Below, in pieces: positions 60,531-64,000 of a stretch of 64,000 bases of DNA (position 1 is the first letter of the stretch; every line of letters begins with the position of its first letter). The position numbers and the translations under genes are program-made. The DNA is taken from assembly GCA_034520945.1 (NCBI GenBank), contig JAXHNB010000001.1:320001-384000 (forward strand). Reading direction: 5' to 3'. The stretch comes from Trueperaceae bacterium (lineage in GTDB: Bacteria > Deinococcota > Deinococci > Deinococcales > Trueperaceae). The notes below the pieces were generated by a model, which was given only the letters and a program-made list of their open reading frames with translations, did no database searches and had not been told where the DNA came from.

Positions 60531-61241
60531 TCAGCGGTACTCCGGGTTGGGGTGGTCGAAGCGTTCGCCCGCGTCCCAGGCGGTTCGCTGGTTGCCGTGG
60601 GCGGGAATGCCGCCGGCGGCGCGCAGCATGCGGGCGAGGTGGAGCAGGTTGTAGGACATGAAGGTGGTGTTGCGCTGCGTGAACTCGTTCTCGGGCCCGC
60701 CGGAGCCGGGATCGAGGTAGGAGGGGCCGGGCCCCACCGCGCCGATCCAGCCGGCGTCGGCCTGGGGCGGGATCACGCAGCCGAGGTGCTGCAGCGCGTA
60801 CAGCATGCCCATGGCGCAGTGCTTGACGCCGTCCTCGTTGCCGGTCACGATCACGCCGGCCACCTTGCCGTAGTAGCGGTACTGGCCTTGGGCGTTGGTT
60901 TGCCCCGACATGGCGTACAGCCGCTCGATGACGCGGCTGATGACCGAGGAGCGCTCGCCCAGCCAGATGGGCGTGCCCAGCACCAGAATGTCGGCCGCGT
61001 CGATGCGGGGCCACAGCTTGGGCCAGTCGTCGCGTGTCGCGCCGTGCTCGGTCATGTCGGGCTGCACGCCGGGCGCGAGCTCGTGATCACTGGCGCGGAT
61101 GACCTCGACCTCGACACCGTTCGCTTCGAGGATGGCGCGCGACACGTCCATCAGCCCTTGCGTGTGCGAGATCGCGGGGCTGGGCTTCAGGGTGCCGTTC
61201 ACGAACACGGCGCGCAGGGGTGGTTCGGGCGTGTCCGTCAT
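60531..61241 (-). CDS. Flavodoxin-like NAD(P)H-dependent FMN reductase family protein
   Basis: NGTLK.SP..SHT, ADILVLGTPIWLGE and TGNEDG. Confidence 0.88.
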   Translation of the reverse strand: MTDTPEPPLRAVFVNGTLKPSPAISHTQGLMDVSRAILEANGVEVEVIRASDHELAPGVQPDMTEHGATRDDWPKLWPRIDAADILVLGTPIWLGERSSVISRVIERLYAMSGQTNAQGQYRYYGKVAGVIVTGNEDGVKHCAMGMLYALQHLGCVIPPQADAGWIGAVGPGPSYLDPGSGGPENEFTQRNTTFMSYNLLHLARMLRAAGGIPAHGNQRTAWDAGERFDHPNPEYR

Positions 61242-61660
61242 GGGCGAGTGAACCACGCCCGGAGCCCGTCGAGCCCCGATTCGTACACCGTGCGCATGGT
61301 GGACTCGAGCTCGTCTGCGGCGCCTTCCGGCGCGCCGAACTGGGCGGCCCAGACCACCGTCGAGGCCGAGTCGCCCTCGGGAACGACCTGCATGGTGCTG
61401 CGGTAGTCCTGCACCGGCATCGGCGCCTCTTCGATGGTGTACGTCAGGCGTCGCTGGTCGTCGTCGACCTCTTCGAGGCGCTCACGGAGCTGGCCGCCGT
61501 CGGTCATGGTGCAGACGCGCGTCGCGCCCGCGCCCTCGCCGCGGACCTCGGAACGTGTGATCACCGGCAGCCAGTTCTCGATCCCTTCGAACGATCGCAG
61601 GGCGTTCCAGACGTCGTCCGCGGGGGCGGGTACGGTTCGGCGTACGTCGATTTCGATCAT
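61238..61660 (-). CDS. SRPBCC (polyketide cyclase/START-like) family protein
   Basis: PADDVW...F....W.P, GATR, ERL...DD..R.LTY; GAGGAGGA RBS. Confidence 0.88.
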   Translation of the reverse strand: MIEIDVRRTVPAPADDVWNALRSFEGIENWLPVITRSEVRGEGAGATRVCTMTDGGQLRERLEEVDDDQRRLTYTIEEAPMPVQDYRSTMQVVPEGDSASTVVWAAQFGAPEGAADELESTMRTVYESGLDGLRAWFTRP

Positions 61661-61924
61661 CAAATCCTCCTCGGCGCGCCCTACTTCGGGTTCGCACGCG
61701 GCCGGCCTGATCGCCGCCTCGTGTGCAGGGCTGGGCGTGCCCAGAGGTTGCCGCAACGGCGCCCGGCCGCGCGGTCCTGCGCTTGACACGCCAGGCGGGC
61801 GCGTCTTCGCGTTCCCAAGCCCTTGCGTCCCCGCGTGCCCGTGCCCCCGCGTCATCGAGCGTCATCGATTAGACGGATACGGCGGCGTCCGGGCTGGTCT
61901 CCTCTTGGGCGAGGAGGTCGAGTC

Positions 61925-62281
61925 ATGCACAAGATCGCCATCGTGGTACTCGCCGATACCGAAACGCACGGGGATCTCGGTCGGGCCGTGAACGCCCTGG
62001 AGGTCGCCAAGGAGTTCCAGGAGGCCAATGATGAGGTCGCCATCGTGTTCGACGGGGCCGGCACCAAGTGGGTGCCCGCCTTCGAAGACGCCTCGCACAA
62101 GCGGCACGAGCTGTGGACGCAGGTGAAGGGGAGCGTCGCCGGCGCTTGCTCCTTCTGTTCCGCCGCCTTCGGCGCCAAGAGCGGCGTGCAGGCCGCCGGC
62201 GTGGCGCTGCTGGACGACTACGAGCAGCACCCCAGCCTGCGTGGCTACGTGGCGCGCGGGTTCACGATCCTGACGTTTTGA
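61925..62281 (+). CDS. DsrE family protein
   Basis: GR..NAL..A.E, IVFDGAG and GACSFCS.AFG; GAGGAGG RBS. Confidence 0.8.
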   Translation: MHKIAIVVLADTETHGDLGRAVNALEVAKEFQEANDEVAIVFDGAGTKWVPAFEDASHKRHELWTQVKGSVAGACSFCSAAFGAKSGVQAAGVALLDDYEQHPSLRGYVARGFTILTF

Positions 62282-62327
62282 GCGCCCCCAGGGGCGCCAC
62301 CCACAAGGCAAGGAGAAGGAGGACGTT

Positions 62328-62615
62328 ATGCCGCAGGTGAGCTACCGAGGAACGAGCGTGGCCCGCAGTGACGCGGTGGAGCGGGTCGAGGGCACCACGT
62401 ACTTCCCGCGGGCGGACGTCGAGATGGGTCTGCTGGAACCGAGCGCCACCGCCTACACCTGCCCATGGAAGGGCGACGCGCAGTACTACCACCTGCGGAT
62501 CGGCGACACGCAGCTCGAGGACGCCGCCTGGTCGTACCCCGAGCCCAAGCCGGCCGCACGGGCGATCGCGGGGCACATTGCGTTCGACCCAGGGCAGGAT
62601 CTCGAGATCGGTTGA
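62328..62615 (+). CDS. DUF427 domain protein
   Basis: VEG..YFP, CPWKG.A.YY and AAWSYPEP...A..I.G.IAF. Confidence 0.9.
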   Translation: MPQVSYRGTSVARSDAVERVEGTTYFPRADVEMGLLEPSATAYTCPWKGDAQYYHLRIGDTQLEDAAWSYPEPKPAARAIAGHIAFDPGQDLEIG

Positions 62616-62642
62616 CCCGGCCGGGTGCCGCTCCGCGTCGCC

Positions 62643-63998
62643 TCATCCGTGTACGGAGGCGGCGTCGGACCCGGCGCCCGCGGCGATGCACGCCTCCAGC
62701 GTTTCGTCGGCGGGAAACGCGAACGGGTCCGGCGCCGCGGGGTCGCCGAGCAGCGCGTCGGCGGCCAGAACGCCGGCGGCGCTCCAGGTCTGTCGCAAGC
62801 GGGCGTAGCGGCCGGTCAGTCCCCCGAGGGGGCCGTCGTAGTACTCCGGCCAGCCGTCGCGGCGTAGGCGCTCGGCCCCTCGCACGATCGCGTCGGCAGG
62901 CCAGGAGGCGCCGAGCGTGCGGGCGGCCTGGGCCAGCGGCCAGGTCAGGAACGGCCAGCTTCCGCCGTTGTGGTACGACCAGGCGGCGTTCTTGGGGTCC
63001 GCGCCGGTGCCCGAGCGCCAGGCGTCGCCTTCGAGGGCGGGGTACAGAAGCTTCATGGGCACGATGCCCAGCAGATCCTCCTGGTGCGTCTCGAGCAGCT
63101 CCAGCAGGGCGCGGCCCTGCGCCGCGGTCGCCAGGCCGCTGGCGACGGCCATGAGGTTGCCGAGCGCGAAGAAGCGGAAGTCCATCCGCGCAGGGCCGAG
63201 GTTGCCGGCGAAGTAGCCGCCGCCTCCCTGCAACCAGCGCATCGACCAGGTCGGAATGGTGTCGGGGTAGATGTTGAAGCGGTTGCGGGCGTCGTCGCCG
63301 AACTGCTCGACGCCGTAGCGGTACAACTCGTTCAACCGTTCGGCGTCCAGCCAGTAGTGGCGCCGGAGATGCTGCCCGAGCCGGGCCAGCCGGTCGAGCA
63401 GCGGCGCTTGCGAGCGGTGGCCTGTGGGGAGCAACTCGCGGGCCGCGCGGAGCGCGGCGAAGAACAGCACCTGCACGTCGAGGGGGTGCCCGTAGACGCC
63501 CATGCGGCGGTCGATCATGGCGGCGCCGTCGGGCACGAGCAGGGTCGGGACCATCTCGAAACGGGGCGCGAGGTAGAGATCCAGGATGCGCTCGATCGCG
63601 GCGCGCGTTTCGGGGGCACGTACCACCGAGTCGTCGCCGCTGGCGTGGTGGTGGGCGCGCACCAGCAGCAGCCACCACAGCGCCGCATCCACCGGCGTGA
63701 CGCGGCCGATGGCGCGTTGGCCGAAGTCGGCGACCAGGCGTTCCTCCCCGGTCAGGGCGTCGATCTGGAACGAGGCTGGCATCAGGCCCTGGCTGGGACG
63801 CACGCAGTCGAGGTGTCGGTCCTGCGCCTGCAGCGACCGCAGGGTCGTCAGGAAGGCGCGGACGGTGTCGAACTCGTGGCGCGACATCAGGGCCGCGGCG
63901 GCGACCGCGAAGTCGCGCGTGAAGCACTCGCCGTAGTTGAGGGCGTCGCCTTCCTCGGCGCTGGCCCGGATGCCGACGGGTACCCCGCTCAGGTACAT
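62643..63998 (-). CDS. Alkaline/neutral invertase (GH100), probably 5'-partial
   Basis: LNY..CF.RDF, GLMPASF, DFGQRAIGRV.PVD..LWW, MIDRRMGV.GHP, DFRFF.LGN, WSYHNGGSWP, WPEYYDG and QTWS. Confidence 0.93.
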   Translation of the reverse strand: MYLSGVPVGIRASAEEGDALNYGECFTRDFAVAAAALMSRHEFDTVRAFLTTLRSLQAQDRHLDCVRPSQGLMPASFQIDALTGEERLVADFGQRAIGRVTPVDAALWWLLLVRAHHHASGDDSVVRAPETRAAIERILDLYLAPRFEMVPTLLVPDGAAMIDRRMGVYGHPLDVQVLFFAALRAARELLPTGHRSQAPLLDRLARLGQHLRRHYWLDAERLNELYRYGVEQFGDDARNRFNIYPDTIPTWSMRWLQGGGGYFAGNLGPARMDFRFFALGNLMAVASGLATAAQGRALLELLETHQEDLLGIVPMKLLYPALEGDAWRSGTGADPKNAAWSYHNGGSWPFLTWPLAQAARTLGASWPADAIVRGAERLRRDGWPEYYDGPLGGLTGRYARLRQTWSAAGVLAADALLGDPAAPDPFAFPADETLEACIAAGAGSDAASVHG

Positions 63999-64000
63999 CC

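Overview
A very GC-rich core-chromosome segment, most likely from a Deinococcota bacterium (probably Trueperaceae-like). The assignment rests on an Nqo15 homologue, a SlpA-type SLH/coiled-coil/beta-barrel S-layer porin, and pervasive TANNNT motifs about 6 nt before start codons (leaderless architecture). About 62 CDS were called. They include a GH65-beta-PGM fusion, mgtE, galTK, rplU-rpmA-obgE-yqeK-LCP-rsfS-yraN, trpF, a diguanylate cyclase, rodA, rlmH, thyX, slpA, hpf, minDE, pcrA/uvrD, a P450, nqo15, a split MnmC pair, nirS, cysK, suhB, ndh, sdaAB, HU, plsC, uvrA, a Fic protein and a GH100 invertase. I saw no rRNA, tRNA, CRISPR array or transposase. The strongest unexplained signal is a 144-bp intergenic element present twice (38911-39054 and 60344-60487). 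It has palindromic terminal inverted repeats exactly 110 bp apart and a constant-length core whose sequence differs between copies. Other points: a DnaA-box cluster far from any dnaA gene, a pseudo-receiver/coiled-coil protein with a MinD-like C-terminus next to minDE, a frameshifted mnmD, an internally deleted serine-hydrolase relic, a stand-alone nirS, a degenerate Fic protein and a secreted, apparently inactive transglutaminase-like protein. All calls come from reading the sequence by eye; no searches were run.
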